A stretch of DNA of 64,000 bases from Candidatus Woesearchaeota archaeon (GCA_016181305.1 JACOZN010000012.1:965-64964); one strand, 5' to 3'. Numbered from the stretch's first letter, positions 9,030 through 18,703 are shown. A program made the numbers and translations. The notes: generated by a model not told the origin, from the letters alone.

Positions 9030-11237
9030 ATGATGAAAATGAAAACAAACAAACTAAGTGTTGGGTTTTATCTTTGGATGGTTTTAGTAATTGGAATACT
9101 TACTGCATCATGCGTTCCAAAAATTTGGGAAAAAGGAGCGATAAAAATAGAGGCTTCTCAGGAATTAAAAAAGTTCTCGTCTGCAAATGAATTGAGGGAG
9201 TACCTGCAGAAAAACGCGCAGGCAAGCTACGGCACCAAATATTTTGGCGGCATTTCAAGAGTCATGGCAATGGGGGTTGCCGAAAGCGCGGCTCCGTCAG
9301 CCCAAAAAATGGCATCTGATTCAGGCGCATCGCAATACTCAACAACAAATATACAAGTTGAGGGAGTTGACGAGGCGGATTTTGTAAAGAACGACGGCAG
9401 GTATATTTACACGCTCACTCAAAACAGGCTGGTTATTGTCGATGCCTACCCTGCCGATAATGCAAAAATAGTCTCTGAAACGGAAATCGGCGGAATGCCG
9501 AGAAACATGCTAGTCAACAAGGACAGGCTTGTTGTGTTATCAGACGACAACGCCCAGGTGCCTTACTTTGCAGAGTTTGACTTCGTGCCAAGGCCGAGGT
9601 ACACCCAAAAAACCCATGTTTTTGTTTATGACATAGAGGACAGGAGCAGCCCGAAGCTCGTAAATGACTACAGCATAAACGGCTATTACTTTGAATCCAG
9701 GATGATTGGAGACTTTGTTTATTTCATTGCAAAGGACAATGTTTATTTTGACGGACCGATAATGCCATTGCCCGCAATAAGGGAGTCCTCAAGAATCATA
9801 GCAAAGCCTGACATTTATTATTTTGACAACCCCGAGCAGAACTATGTTTTCCACACAATTGCTTCATTCAATATCTTCAGCGATGAAGACGAGGTTAACG
9901 CAAAAACCTTCATGATGGGCTACTCCAACACGCTTTATGTCTCGCAGGATAATATTTACATTGCATACCAGAAGAACCTGCCATGGCGATATTATGAAGT
10001 GCATAACGAGGAAAGGTTTTATGATGTTGTAGTGCCGTTGCTGCCTTCTGATGTGCGCAGCGAAATAAGCAAAATCAAGGATGATTCCAGCCTAAACTCC
10101 CAGGAAAAATGGGACAAGATTTCCTCAGTTTTGGAAGACATGTACAATAATATGGAAGATGGTGGGAGGCAGGAGCTTATTGAGAAAATTGAAAAGGCCA
10201 TTGACGAGTACGAGATAAAGCTTGAAGCAGAGAGAAGAAAGACTGTAATCCATAAAATAGGCATTGACAACGGCGAGATTGAGTACAAGGCAAAAGGCGA
10301 AGTGCCCGGCTATCTGCTAAACCAGTTTTCAATGGACGAGCATGACGGCAATTTAAGGCTTGCAACCACAACCGAGATATGGGCAAGAAAATCTGTGATG
10401 TACAACAATGTCTTTGTGCTGGATGAAGGCATGAAAACAATCGGAAAGCTTGAGGCAATCGCGCCTGATGAAAGGATATATTCAGCAAGGTTCATAGGAG
10501 GCAGATTGTACATGGTTACATTCAAGAGGATTGATCCCCTGTTCGTGATAGACTTGTCATCTCCTGAGGAGCCTGAAATACTTGGCGAACTTAAAATACC
10601 GGGCTTTTCAGATTATTTGCATCCTTACGACGAGAATCACATTATAGGCATTGGAAAGGAGACAGAAGGCAATGAATGGGGCGGAGTTTCTGTCAAGGGA
10701 GTGAAGCTTGCATTGTTTGATGTTTCAGACGTGGAAAATCCAAAACAACTTGACAAGTACGAAATTGGAGACAGAGGAACTGACTCTGAGGCATTAAAAG
10801 AGCATAAGGCATTTTTATTCGACAAAGGCAAGAACCTGCTTGTTATTCCAGTCACAGAAGCCAAGGGCAAGATGGAATACGACTCAAGGCTTGGTTATTA
10901 CAGGCAGAGGCTGTGGCAGGGAGCTTATGTCTTTGGATTGACTTTGGAAGGCTTTGAAGTGAAAGGGAAAATAACCCACAATGAAGGTGATGAACAACAG
11001 GATTATTACTATTATGGCTCTCCTAATGCAGTCAGAAGAAGCCTTTACATGGATGAAGTGCTTTACACAATCTCAATGGGTAAAATAAAGGCAAATGACT
11101 TGAACGACATAGCTAACGAGATAAAAGAAGTAAAACTGCCTTACGAAAAGCAAAGATATGATTATCCTTATCCAGTCAAGGCAGTTGGAAGCCCGGGTGT
11201 TGCTGTGCCTGAAACCGAAGCTGCAGAGAGAGGATAG
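9030..11237 (+). CDS. Secreted beta-propeller domain protein (Beta_propel family)
   Basis: Signal/lipobox-like ASC; YSTTNIQVEGVDEADFVKNDG, LLNQFSMDE, VTFKRIDPLFVIDL, LKIPGFSDYLHP. Confidence 0.9.
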   Translation: MMKMKTNKLSVGFYLWMVLVIGILTASCVPKIWEKGAIKIEASQELKKFSSANELREYLQKNAQASYGTKYFGGISRVMAMGVAESAAPSAQKMASDSGASQYSTTNIQVEGVDEADFVKNDGRYIYTLTQNRLVIVDAYPADNAKIVSETEIGGMPRNMLVNKDRLVVLSDDNAQVPYFAEFDFVPRPRYTQKTHVFVYDIEDRSSPKLVNDYSINGYYFESRMIGDFVYFIAKDNVYFDGPIMPLPAIRESSRIIAKPDIYYFDNPEQNYVFHTIASFNIFSDEDEVNAKTFMMGYSNTLYVSQDNIYIAYQKNLPWRYYEVHNEERFYDVVVPLLPSDVRSEISKIKDDSSLNSQEKWDKISSVLEDMYNNMEDGGRQELIEKIEKAIDEYEIKLEAERRKTVIHKIGIDNGEIEYKAKGEVPGYLLNQFSMDEHDGNLRLATTTEIWARKSVMYNNVFVLDEGMKTIGKLEAIAPDERIYSARFIGGRLYMVTFKRIDPLFVIDLSSPEEPEILGELKIPGFSDYLHPYDENHIIGIGKETEGNEWGGVSVKGVKLALFDVSDVENPKQLDKYEIGDRGTDSEALKEHKAFLFDKGKNLLVIPVTEAKGKMEYDSRLGYYRQRLWQGAYVFGLTLEGFEVKGKITHNEGDEQQDYYYYGSPNAVRRSLYMDEVLYTISMGKIKANDLNDIANEIKEVKLPYEKQRYDYPYPVKAVGSPGVAVPETEAAERG

Positions 11238-11313
11238 GCATTTATTTAATGTGCTGAGGAAATGTTTATAAATTGAATTCTGTTTCTACGCAAGAGTTGG
11301 GCTAGTGGCGTAA

Positions 11314-12318
11314 ATGGATATTGGAAGATTGGTAGCTGAGGAAGGGCAATATTATAGTAGACTAGATGATGTGCCCTTTGGGCAAGCGCCTGAAGATGGA
11401 GTGGTGGCGAGGATTTTTCAGCCTGATACATTGCTGCCAGAACAATACCTTGAAACTTTTAGAAGAAAAACTCCCAAGGAGCCTGGAGATAAATTAAGAC
11501 TTGCTGTTCTTGAAGATGCAATAATGAATTTTCAAAAATATTTAAAAGCAAGAGATAAAAGAGGGAGAGACTTAGACAGCGAAGCCGAAGGATGGATTTT
11601 AGATCAAGATGGTGATTCTCCGTTTTCTTTTGAAACTGTATGTGAAGTTTTTGGGATGAATCCAGATTATGTCAGGCAAGGGCTTATGAAGTGGAAAGAA
11701 CGCCAATTAAAAGCGCATCCGCATTATCATTCCAAGCCCAAAAAAAGCAAGCAAGACATTGGCAGCCTTCTTACGGATATGCAAAAAGATGCTTTAAGGG
11801 AGTTTATGATTGCGGCATGCAATCCAACCATTAAATACAGCCAGATAATAAAACGGGCTAAGTCAGAGATTGGCGCAAGAACCAACAGGGGTGTTGAATA
11901 TTTTCTTCGTGAATCTTACTATCGCTTTAGAGCCAATAGGATGCCATGCTATGACATGCCCTCGGCAATATATATTGCGTTGCATTATGGTATTTTAAAT
12001 CTGAACGATATCCAAAGCCAAAAACTAAAGAGCCTCGAAAAAGGTGTGGAAATGCTAACTCGTGATGAAAAAAGATTTGTTAGAGCCTACGGGAAGCTTG
12101 CATTGAGTAAAGGACGCACAGGAAACCAGTATGTTAAAGTATTTTTAAGAATCTCAAGAAAGAAATTTGCCACTCGCACAAAAGATATCTATGAAAAATT
12201 CGGAGTAGATGTTAAGAAAAAATTTGAAGCAAATACAGCATATTTGGCAATTGCCGCTTACTATCTTGATTCAAAAAGTCAGGTTAAAAAACCTTGTCCA
12301 GCAAATTGTCAACTTTGA
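11314..12318 (+). CDS. Hypothetical protein with two degenerate LuxR-like HTH units at the C terminus
   Basis: Long ORF; LTRDEKR...LRISRK...IYEKFGV and LTDMQK...AIYIALHYGIL resemble LuxR HTH. Confidence 0.6.
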   Translation: MDIGRLVAEEGQYYSRLDDVPFGQAPEDGVVARIFQPDTLLPEQYLETFRRKTPKEPGDKLRLAVLEDAIMNFQKYLKARDKRGRDLDSEAEGWILDQDGDSPFSFETVCEVFGMNPDYVRQGLMKWKERQLKAHPHYHSKPKKSKQDIGSLLTDMQKDALREFMIAACNPTIKYSQIIKRAKSEIGARTNRGVEYFLRESYYRFRANRMPCYDMPSAIYIALHYGILNLNDIQSQKLKSLEKGVEMLTRDEKRFVRAYGKLALSKGRTGNQYVKVFLRISRKKFATRTKDIYEKFGVDVKKKFEANTAYLAIAAYYLDSKSQVKKPCPANCQL

Positions 12319-14173
12319 CGTCAAAATAAACCTTGTTGTCAATTGTCCTTAATGCAACCGCACCTTTGCTTTCTTCCTTCTCGCCAACCGTTAAGATGAG
12401 CGGGATTTTCTGCGCCTGCGCTTCCCTTACCTTGTAGCCGACGCTTTCTGTTCTTGCATCAACCTCAACTCTTAAATTATTTTCATCAAATTCTTCTTTT
12501 ATTTTATTTGCATATTTTTCAAACCTGTCGGCAACTGTCAGTATCCTGGCTTGTACAGGCGCAAGCCATAATGGAAGCTTTCCAGCATAATGCTCAACCA
12601 AAATCCCAATGAATCTTTCAAGGGAGCCAAGCAAAGCCCTGTGTATCATGACAACACTATGCTTTGCATTGTCAGCGCCGACATAAGTTGCATCAAATCT
12701 TTCAGGCAGTTGAAAATCAAGCTGGATTGTTGCAAGCTGCCACCCTCTTCCAAGGGCATCTTTTATGTGGAAGTCAATTTTTGGCCCGTAAAAAGCCCCT
12801 TCGCCTTCTTTTATTTTATATTTTATCTTGTTGTTTTCAAGGGCGTGCTTCAGGGAATTTTCTGCCTTTTCCCAATCCTCAATTTTTCCCATGAATTTCT
12901 CGGGCTTTGTGCTTAGCTCAACCTCAAAATCAAAATCAAACACCTTTTTGTAGATAAAATTCGTGAAATCCAGCACTCTGGATATTTCGCCTTCAATCTG
13001 CTCCAATGCAACAAAAATATGCGCGTCATCCTGCGACATTTTTCTCACTCTCGTAAGCCCTGCAAGAGTTCCTGAAAGCTCGTTCCTGTGCAACGGGGCA
13101 AAGTCTGCAATCCTCAATGGCAGGTCCTTGTAGCTTCTTGACTTTGACTTGTAAATCAGAAGATGTGAGGGGCAGTTCATGGGCTTGATGGCAAATTCCC
13201 TGCCTTCTGACTCAAGAGTGAACATGTGCTCCCTGAAATGCTCCCAATGCCCTGATGTCACCCACAATGACTTGTCATAAAGCAATGGGGTTATGACTTC
13301 CTGGTATCCTCTTTTCTTGTACTCTGCCCTGATAAAATTCAGCAATTGGTTGTAGATAACCGCGCCTTTCGGGTAGAAGAACGGCGCTCCCGGGCTTTCC
13401 TCAAAGAAATTAAACCATTCAAGCTCTTTTCCAAGCTTTCTATGATCCCTTTTCTCAGCCTCTTCAATTAGCTTTAAATGCTGCTCCAGCATGCTTTTAT
13501 CAGGAAAGCTTATGCCATAGATTCTCTGCAATTGCTGTTTTGTCTGGTCTCCGTGCCAATAAGCTGATGAAATCTTTGTAAGCTTGAAAGCCTTTATCTT
13601 TCCCGTACTTGGAATATGCGGTCCCCTGCACAAGTCAATGAAATCGCCCTGCCTGTATGCGCTCAGGGGCTGTTTTTCCTTGTGGAATTCCTCAACCAGC
13701 TCGATTTTGTATGGATTGTCTTTGAACAATTTTTTTGCCTCGCTTTCTGTCAATTCAATCCTCTCAACCTTGTAGTCCTTTTTCACTATTTCGTGCATTC
13801 CCTGCCCTATCCTTTCCATGTCTTCAGGAGTGAAATGGTGCGCAATGTCAAAGTCATAGTAAAATCCTTCCTCAACCAGAGGGCCTATTGTAAGCTTTGC
13901 ATCAGGAAAAAGCTCAATGACTGCCTGTGCAAGCAAATGCGCTGTGCTGTGCCTGAAAACCTCTAATCCTTCCTTGTCCCTGAAAGTCAGAATCTGCAGT
14001 GTCGAGTCTTCGTTAATGGGAACAAATAAATCTTTTAGTTTGCCGTTTACCTTTGCCACTAATGCGTCTTCCCCAAGCCTTTTGCCTATGCTGAATGCAA
14101 TTTCCCCTGCGGTTATGCCTTTTGCATACTCTCTTGCGCTGCCGTCAGGCAAAGTTATCTTGATTTTTGTCAT
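12284..14173 (-). CDS. thrS: Threonyl-tRNA synthetase (bacterial/eukaryote type with TGS domain)
   Basis: HSTAHLLAQA, DLCRGPH, RDHRKLG, KPMNCP, GLTRVR, AFYGPKID, MIHRALLGSLERF. Confidence 0.98.
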   Translation of the reverse strand: MTKIKITLPDGSAREYAKGITAGEIAFSIGKRLGEDALVAKVNGKLKDLFVPINEDSTLQILTFRDKEGLEVFRHSTAHLLAQAVIELFPDAKLTIGPLVEEGFYYDFDIAHHFTPEDMERIGQGMHEIVKKDYKVERIELTESEAKKLFKDNPYKIELVEEFHKEKQPLSAYRQGDFIDLCRGPHIPSTGKIKAFKLTKISSAYWHGDQTKQQLQRIYGISFPDKSMLEQHLKLIEEAEKRDHRKLGKELEWFNFFEESPGAPFFYPKGAVIYNQLLNFIRAEYKKRGYQEVITPLLYDKSLWVTSGHWEHFREHMFTLESEGREFAIKPMNCPSHLLIYKSKSRSYKDLPLRIADFAPLHRNELSGTLAGLTRVRKMSQDDAHIFVALEQIEGEISRVLDFTNFIYKKVFDFDFEVELSTKPEKFMGKIEDWEKAENSLKHALENNKIKYKIKEGEGAFYGPKIDFHIKDALGRGWQLATIQLDFQLPERFDATYVGADNAKHSVVMIHRALLGSLERFIGILVEHYAGKLPLWLAPVQARILTVADRFEKYANKIKEEFDENNLRVEVDARTESVGYKVREAQAQKIPLILTVGEKEESKGAVALRTIDNKVYFDVKVDNLLDKVF

Positions 14174-14271
14174 TTTTTGATTGTTTGAATTTTACTTGAT
14201 TTACGCTTGATTTAAATATTTTGTTGAATTTTTAAAACAAAGGAAAAATTTAATTAAACAATGAGCAGCTT

Positions 14272-14343
14272 TCAAGCTGTTGTTGTAGTTGTAGAAGCAG
14301 TCAAAAGAGAAGTTGCGGAATTTAAAGTTAGTTTTGCATTCAT
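14272..14343 (-). CDS. Putative Thr-rich leader peptide of thrS (MNAKLTLNSATSLLTASTTTTTA, 23 aa)
   Basis: 8 Thr codons, 5 consecutive just before the stop; ends 98 nt upstream of the thrS ATG; own TATA box. Confidence 0.75.
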   Translation of the reverse strand: MNAKLTLNSATSLLTASTTTTTA

Positions 14344-14365
14344 AACTAAAACAATTAATATCAAC

Positions 14366-14380
14366 TATTTAAAGTTTTCT
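14366..14380 (-). promoter_or_regulatory. BRE/TATA promoter of the thrS leader
   Basis: AGAAAAC-TTTAAATA on the minus strand, 22 nt before the leader ATG (leaderless geometry). Confidence 0.65.
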
Positions 14381-14460
14381 GAAAAATTGAATAAACATCA
14401 AATTACCCCCAATAAAATTAAAACACTGGCGACCCTTTTTCTTGCTTCGCTATAATGGGG

Positions 14461-14565
14461 TGCCCCGCACTGCTGTTGCACTAACTCACTTTATTTTAAA
14501 GTGCAAGAATAACAAGCGGGTTTCCTCAATCACTCTGCTGAAAGAGGACGCTCTCGTGATTTTTT
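14461..14565 (-). ncRNA. Candidate structured RNA motif, copy A
   Basis: GC-rich intergenic island sharing AAAATCACGAGAGCG and further ordered blocks with 42589-42730; compensatory stem changes. Confidence 0.45.
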
Positions 14566-14621
14566 AATAAATTTTATATTGGACGATTTGATGTAAAAAG
14601 AACTAAGTGTAATGAATTAGA

Positions 14622-15173
14622 CTAACTTTGCTCTGATGCGCATTTCTCGCAGAGCAGTGCGCCCTTGACTTTGGTTATGTCCTCGGAATATGCCCCACAG
14701 CCCTGGCAGATTGCCTCTCGGGATATGATTCTGTCAATGGGCTTTCTTGTTTCCTCCCTGAGCTCAAATTTCTCGACCAGAAGCTCGAACAGCTGCGGCT
14801 CGATTTTCAGGATGTCCTTTAGGGTGAGCAATCCAACCATCTTGCCGTTCTCGACGGCAGGCAGGTGCCTTATGTTGGAGTCGCGCATTTTTATCAATGC
14901 GTCATAAATGTCGTCATTCGGGCTTATTGTCATAATCTCTGTCTCCATGAAATCACTTACTTTCTTTGTCAATGGATTTATGCCCTTTGCAATGACTTTC
15001 CTCACAATGTCCTGCTCTGTTATGAGCCCTTTTGACTGGTGGTTGTCCTTGATTACCAGTGCGCCGACATGGTTTTTTGCCATCATCTTCGCGCATTCCT
15101 CTAAAGAAACATCTGAAGGGACAGAAATAGGCTTTGTAGTCATGCAGTCATAAACTTTATATCCTGTTTTCAT
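14622..15173 (-). CDS. CBS-pair protein with C-terminal zinc ribbon
   Basis: Two CBS repeats (GLITEQDIV; IRHLPAV..GLLTLKDIL) plus CQGC...CEKC. Confidence 0.9.
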   Translation of the reverse strand: MKTGYKVYDCMTTKPISVPSDVSLEECAKMMAKNHVGALVIKDNHQSKGLITEQDIVRKVIAKGINPLTKKVSDFMETEIMTISPNDDIYDALIKMRDSNIRHLPAVENGKMVGLLTLKDILKIEPQLFELLVEKFELREETRKPIDRIISREAICQGCGAYSEDITKVKGALLCEKCASEQS

Positions 15174-15288
15174 AGAAAAAGAATTGTTTTTGGAGTATAT
15201 TAAGTTTTCTAATCTGATATATTTTAGAAAGGATAGGTTGGAGGTTTTAGGTTTTAATTATTAATTCCTAAAGAATAAAATGAGATTA

Positions 15289-15894
15289 TTATTTCTTGGA
15301 AAGAATAGTCCTAGTTAGTGCAATGAAATAATCTCCAAGTACGCCACGCTGTATTATTGGATCGATTTTGTACTCAGTTAATGGCATAGTCTCAATTTCT
15401 ATTCTTGTGCCACCTCTTTGTCCTAAATTCATTGTTGTTGTTTTTTCAATTCCGACGGATTCTGGTTTTCCATCTACAGGGCTTTGCCCTCCTTCGTATA
15501 TAAATAAAGAATAATCAAGACTTAGCTCATTATTTTTTCCAAAGCTAACACTTTTAGGGACAAAAGGTGATTTTCTAATTCTAGTTTTTAACATCCCATT
15601 TCCAATCGGAAGAAAATAAAAATCAACAAAGTCTTTTAAATCTGGGTTGTATCCGCTAAGCCTGTAGCCTATTGCTACCTCTTCACTTCCATCATCTTTT
15701 TGGATTCTTACTGGAAAAGTGTCTTTGCTAGCTTTAATCTGTTCTATCAGTTTATCATAATCTATATTTTGTTCTGCATAAACAGCAGGTGGATTCAACA
15801 TGTCAGCAGTTGGAATAATAGCGGTGCCTGCACCAATGATAACAGAAGCTGATTTTCCTATTCCAGAGTTTGCAATTTTTGACATTAGCCCCAT
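15289..15894 (-). CDS. Hypothetical protein, possibly exported
   Basis: 201-aa AT-rich ORF with a weak N-terminal hydrophobic stretch ending AVYA. Confidence 0.6.
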   Translation of the reverse strand: MGLMSKIANSGIGKSASVIIGAGTAIIPTADMLNPPAVYAEQNIDYDKLIEQIKASKDTFPVRIQKDDGSEEVAIGYRLSGYNPDLKDFVDFYFLPIGNGMLKTRIRKSPFVPKSVSFGKNNELSLDYSLFIYEGGQSPVDGKPESVGIEKTTTMNLGQRGGTRIEIETMPLTEYKIDPIIQRGVLGDYFIALTRTILSKK

Positions 15895-16003
15895 TTGTAT
15901 CAGTATGCATTAAGCTTAATTTCTATTTAAATCTTTTCTTTTTTATCACTTTATTGTAGCTACAACAGAAAAATTTATAAACTGTCATTTTATCCACCCT
16001 AGT

Positions 16004-16465
16004 ATGGAAACTAATTGCGTTTCATACGAAAATTTGATGGGTTCGCTACGTGAAATTTCCAGAAGCAAGCATGTCAACCCAACAATGCACCATTATGCAG
16101 ATGAGTCTGTTAAATTTCTTCAAAAACACCCAAAAACATCAGAATTGCTGGAAGAAGCGCTTTCTAATACGCCATGCAAAGACATTGCGGAAATAGTTCA
16201 AAGACTTGCCGCAGGAAGAAGAGATTTGGTTATAGCTGATGAGGCTATTAAATTGGAAAAAGGATTATCATTTTACTCAAGAGAAATTGAAAAAGCAGCA
16301 AACATGGCAGCTAACACCGTTGAAGGTGTAGGTATTATTGTAGGTACGGAAATTAGTAGTTCGTGGAAAAGCTTCAAAGAAAATGTTTATTATGGTGCAA
16401 CAGGCGCAGGTGTTTTAGCAGCATTAGTTCTTGCAGCACTCGCAGTTAAGTGGTATAGGAAATAA
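16004..16465 (+). CDS. Hypothetical protein with C-terminal TM anchor
   Basis: 153 aa, ends GVLAALVLAALAVKWYRK; TATA upstream. Confidence 0.65.
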   Translation: METNCVSYENLMGSLREISRSKHVNPTMHHYADESVKFLQKHPKTSELLEEALSNTPCKDIAEIVQRLAAGRRDLVIADEAIKLEKGLSFYSREIEKAANMAANTVEGVGIIVGTEISSSWKSFKENVYYGATGAGVLAALVLAALAVKWYRK

Positions 16466-16501
16466 AGGCAAGCGAAAATTGCCAACAATTAGAGAAAATA
16501 T

Positions 16502-18412
16502 TTACCCCATCAAAATCTCAACGTCTTTTCCAAAAACCCTCTTCAAGTCCTCGAATATCGGCTCTTTTATAGACGGCTTTTGAGGCGCTTGCGCATTTGC
16601 CAGCGCTTTTTCCAACTCTTCCAAAGAACTCTTCTCGATAGTATCTAAAGAGCCATCATCATTTATCTTTGCCTTGCTCAGTTCCTTCTCCTCGTTGTCA
16701 ATGTCATGGATTATGTAAGCAGTATTATTAAGCAGAATAACCTCTCCGAACTTGCTGCCGTGCTTCACCCTTATCTTAACCCTTTCAAGCTCCCTCGCCC
16801 TTTTTCTCTGCATGTGCTCGACAAGGAATTTTATCAAGGAGCCTGCCTCCTGATGCACCTTTTCTATCTCAACCTTTGAAAGCCTTTTCTCGTCAAAATC
16901 CTTTTTTGCCTTTACAATATCCTGTATTGTCCTGAAAAACTTTGCAGGCAGTTTGCCTTCCGAAACAAGCTTGTCCTCGGCAAAATGTATGAGCTCGTTG
17001 TCTTTCGCCTTTTCAACCCCCTCGAGCTTTAGAACATCCCTCAGCACGGTAGTTATTGTATCGTAAAGATTGAGCATCTCCCTCTCGTCCCTTATCCTTT
17101 CTATCTGAGTGAACAATCTTTTTATTCTTTTCAGGTACTTGTCGCCGTCGCTGAGCAGCTCGTCAATCTCCTTGCCTGAAAGCTCCTTTTTCTCCCCGTG
17201 CTCTATGGCTTTTCTTGTCTCTACAACCCTCTCCATAATCTTTACAAACTTCTCTTCAAGCAGCTTTTCCTTCTGCACGAAAATCTGCCTCATTAATTGC
17301 CCTGTTTCCTTTGGGCTTGGAGGGGCTACTCCATAAAGCATTAAAGCTGCCTGGCTTGGCGTCAATAATGCATAGTAAATGTCTTCCATTCCAATTTCAT
17401 TTAGCTTTAATTGTACTCTTCTTATAACCTGCTCGCCTGAACCCATGAACATGTCAATGGCTTCCGCACTTGGCTTTATTTTGCCCATTTTCAGCAGCTG
17501 CTTCCAGGGCATGAAAATGCCCCTGTCAAAAAATGGCACTCCGTCTCGGAGCAATGTGAATATTACCGGGTTTGCCTCTCTCAAAGAATCCCAGAAATCA
17601 GTCAAAATGTAAACCTGGATGTTGATCTTATTTTTTATTCCTGTAAGCTCGCCTGCCTCGATTCCCATTCCTATGATTATTGCCCTCAGCTTGTCTTTTA
17701 GCTCCGCCCTTGTCATCTTCTTGACATCGGTATCGTCTATGACAATCCAGACATCAATGTCGCTTGAAGGAGTGGCTTTGCCCTGAACAAGCGAGCCGGC
17801 AAGCACATAGCTTACAATGTACTTCTCGAATTTCTTCAGCACCATTGTCTTGTGGACTTCTGCTATTTTAATTGCCTGGAGCATTCCTGTGTCATGTATA
17901 GGCGCCGACAATGCTATAAGCTGCAGCAGCTCATATTTAGCGTCAAAGCAGTTCTGCCATAGCTCTGAAAGAATCAGGGTTTGAGGCGTTAAATTATGGT
18001 CGATTTCCTTTGAGATGCTTTCAACTATTGCAGTTAATTTGTCTTTCAGCTCTATTTTTGACATTGTCCTGCTGTCCGAGTCATCAACCAAAACAAGAAC
18101 ATGGATTTTGTCTTTGTCTTCGGGCTTTGGCTCTGCCTTTTGTGGCTGCATCTCTGCCTGAGACGGCTGTATCTGCTGCAGTTGCTGCATCTCCTCGGGC
18201 TTTGGAGGCGGCATCAATGCAATGCCGATAATATACTTGTCAAATTTCTCAAGAACTCTTTTCTGGAATTTCTCCAGCTTTGACTTTATGGCTTTAAGCT
18301 TTTCCTGCACATCGCCCGGAAGCTTTGAAAGAGCCTCTGCTTCTTTAGCATCAGGCGGAGGGCTTTCACTGCTCTCTTTTTCCTTATACTGCTTCTTGTC
18401 TTTCTTAGCCAT
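16502..18412 (-). CDS. Nucleotidyltransferase-domain protein (one degenerate and one intact Pol-beta-like NTase unit, then a helical region)
   Basis: AGSLVQG...SDIDVWIVIDD motif; internal repeat (LKDKLTAI / LKDKLRAI); start re-assigned to ATG 18412. Confidence 0.8.
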   Translation of the reverse strand: MAKKDKKQYKEKESSESPPPDAKEAEALSKLPGDVQEKLKAIKSKLEKFQKRVLEKFDKYIIGIALMPPPKPEEMQQLQQIQPSQAEMQPQKAEPKPEDKDKIHVLVLVDDSDSRTMSKIELKDKLTAIVESISKEIDHNLTPQTLILSELWQNCFDAKYELLQLIALSAPIHDTGMLQAIKIAEVHKTMVLKKFEKYIVSYVLAGSLVQGKATPSSDIDVWIVIDDTDVKKMTRAELKDKLRAIIIGMGIEAGELTGIKNKINIQVYILTDFWDSLREANPVIFTLLRDGVPFFDRGIFMPWKQLLKMGKIKPSAEAIDMFMGSGEQVIRRVQLKLNEIGMEDIYYALLTPSQAALMLYGVAPPSPKETGQLMRQIFVQKEKLLEEKFVKIMERVVETRKAIEHGEKKELSGKEIDELLSDGDKYLKRIKRLFTQIERIRDEREMLNLYDTITTVLRDVLKLEGVEKAKDNELIHFAEDKLVSEGKLPAKFFRTIQDIVKAKKDFDEKRLSKVEIEKVHQEAGSLIKFLVEHMQRKRARELERVKIRVKHGSKFGEVILLNNTAYIIHDIDNEEKELSKAKINDDGSLDTIEKSSLEELEKALANAQAPQKPSIKEPIFEDLKRVFGKDVEILMG

Positions 18413-18524
18413 TCCAACCCCATTTTTGATAATTTTGTTTGCTTTATAAATGTTTGCCTTGATGAATCCAGAGCTTATTTTCAATATAGAAAATAAATAA
18501 CGAGCATATATCGAACCGAAAGAT

Positions 18525-18648
18525 TTAAATACAAGTTACATTACTAAGTAGTAGTAACAAATTAGCTTCTTAGGGGTGAATAAAATATAGATACTCCAGA
18601 AGCGAAAAGCTTAAATACAAGTGTTATTATGATAAAGTAGTAACAAAT
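18525..18648 (+). repeat. Tandemly duplicated promoter-like unit (86-bp period)
   Basis: TTAAATACAAGT at 18525 and 18611; AGTAGTAACAAAT at 18550 and 18636. Confidence 0.75.
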
Positions 18649-18703
18649 CATAAACAAAGTTAATAAAAACCAAAGTTATACCAAAACAAAGGGGGAAAAG
18701 AAA

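Noticed and set aside
14261..14455. Plus-strand 64-aa ORF with a VVVVV run
   Set aside because: It is the antisense shadow of the Thr-codon run; the promoter geometry favours the minus-strand peptide.
14549..14563. SAM-I/IV riboswitch resemblance of ATCACGAG
   Set aside because: The GCAACC/GGTGC core is missing in both copies.
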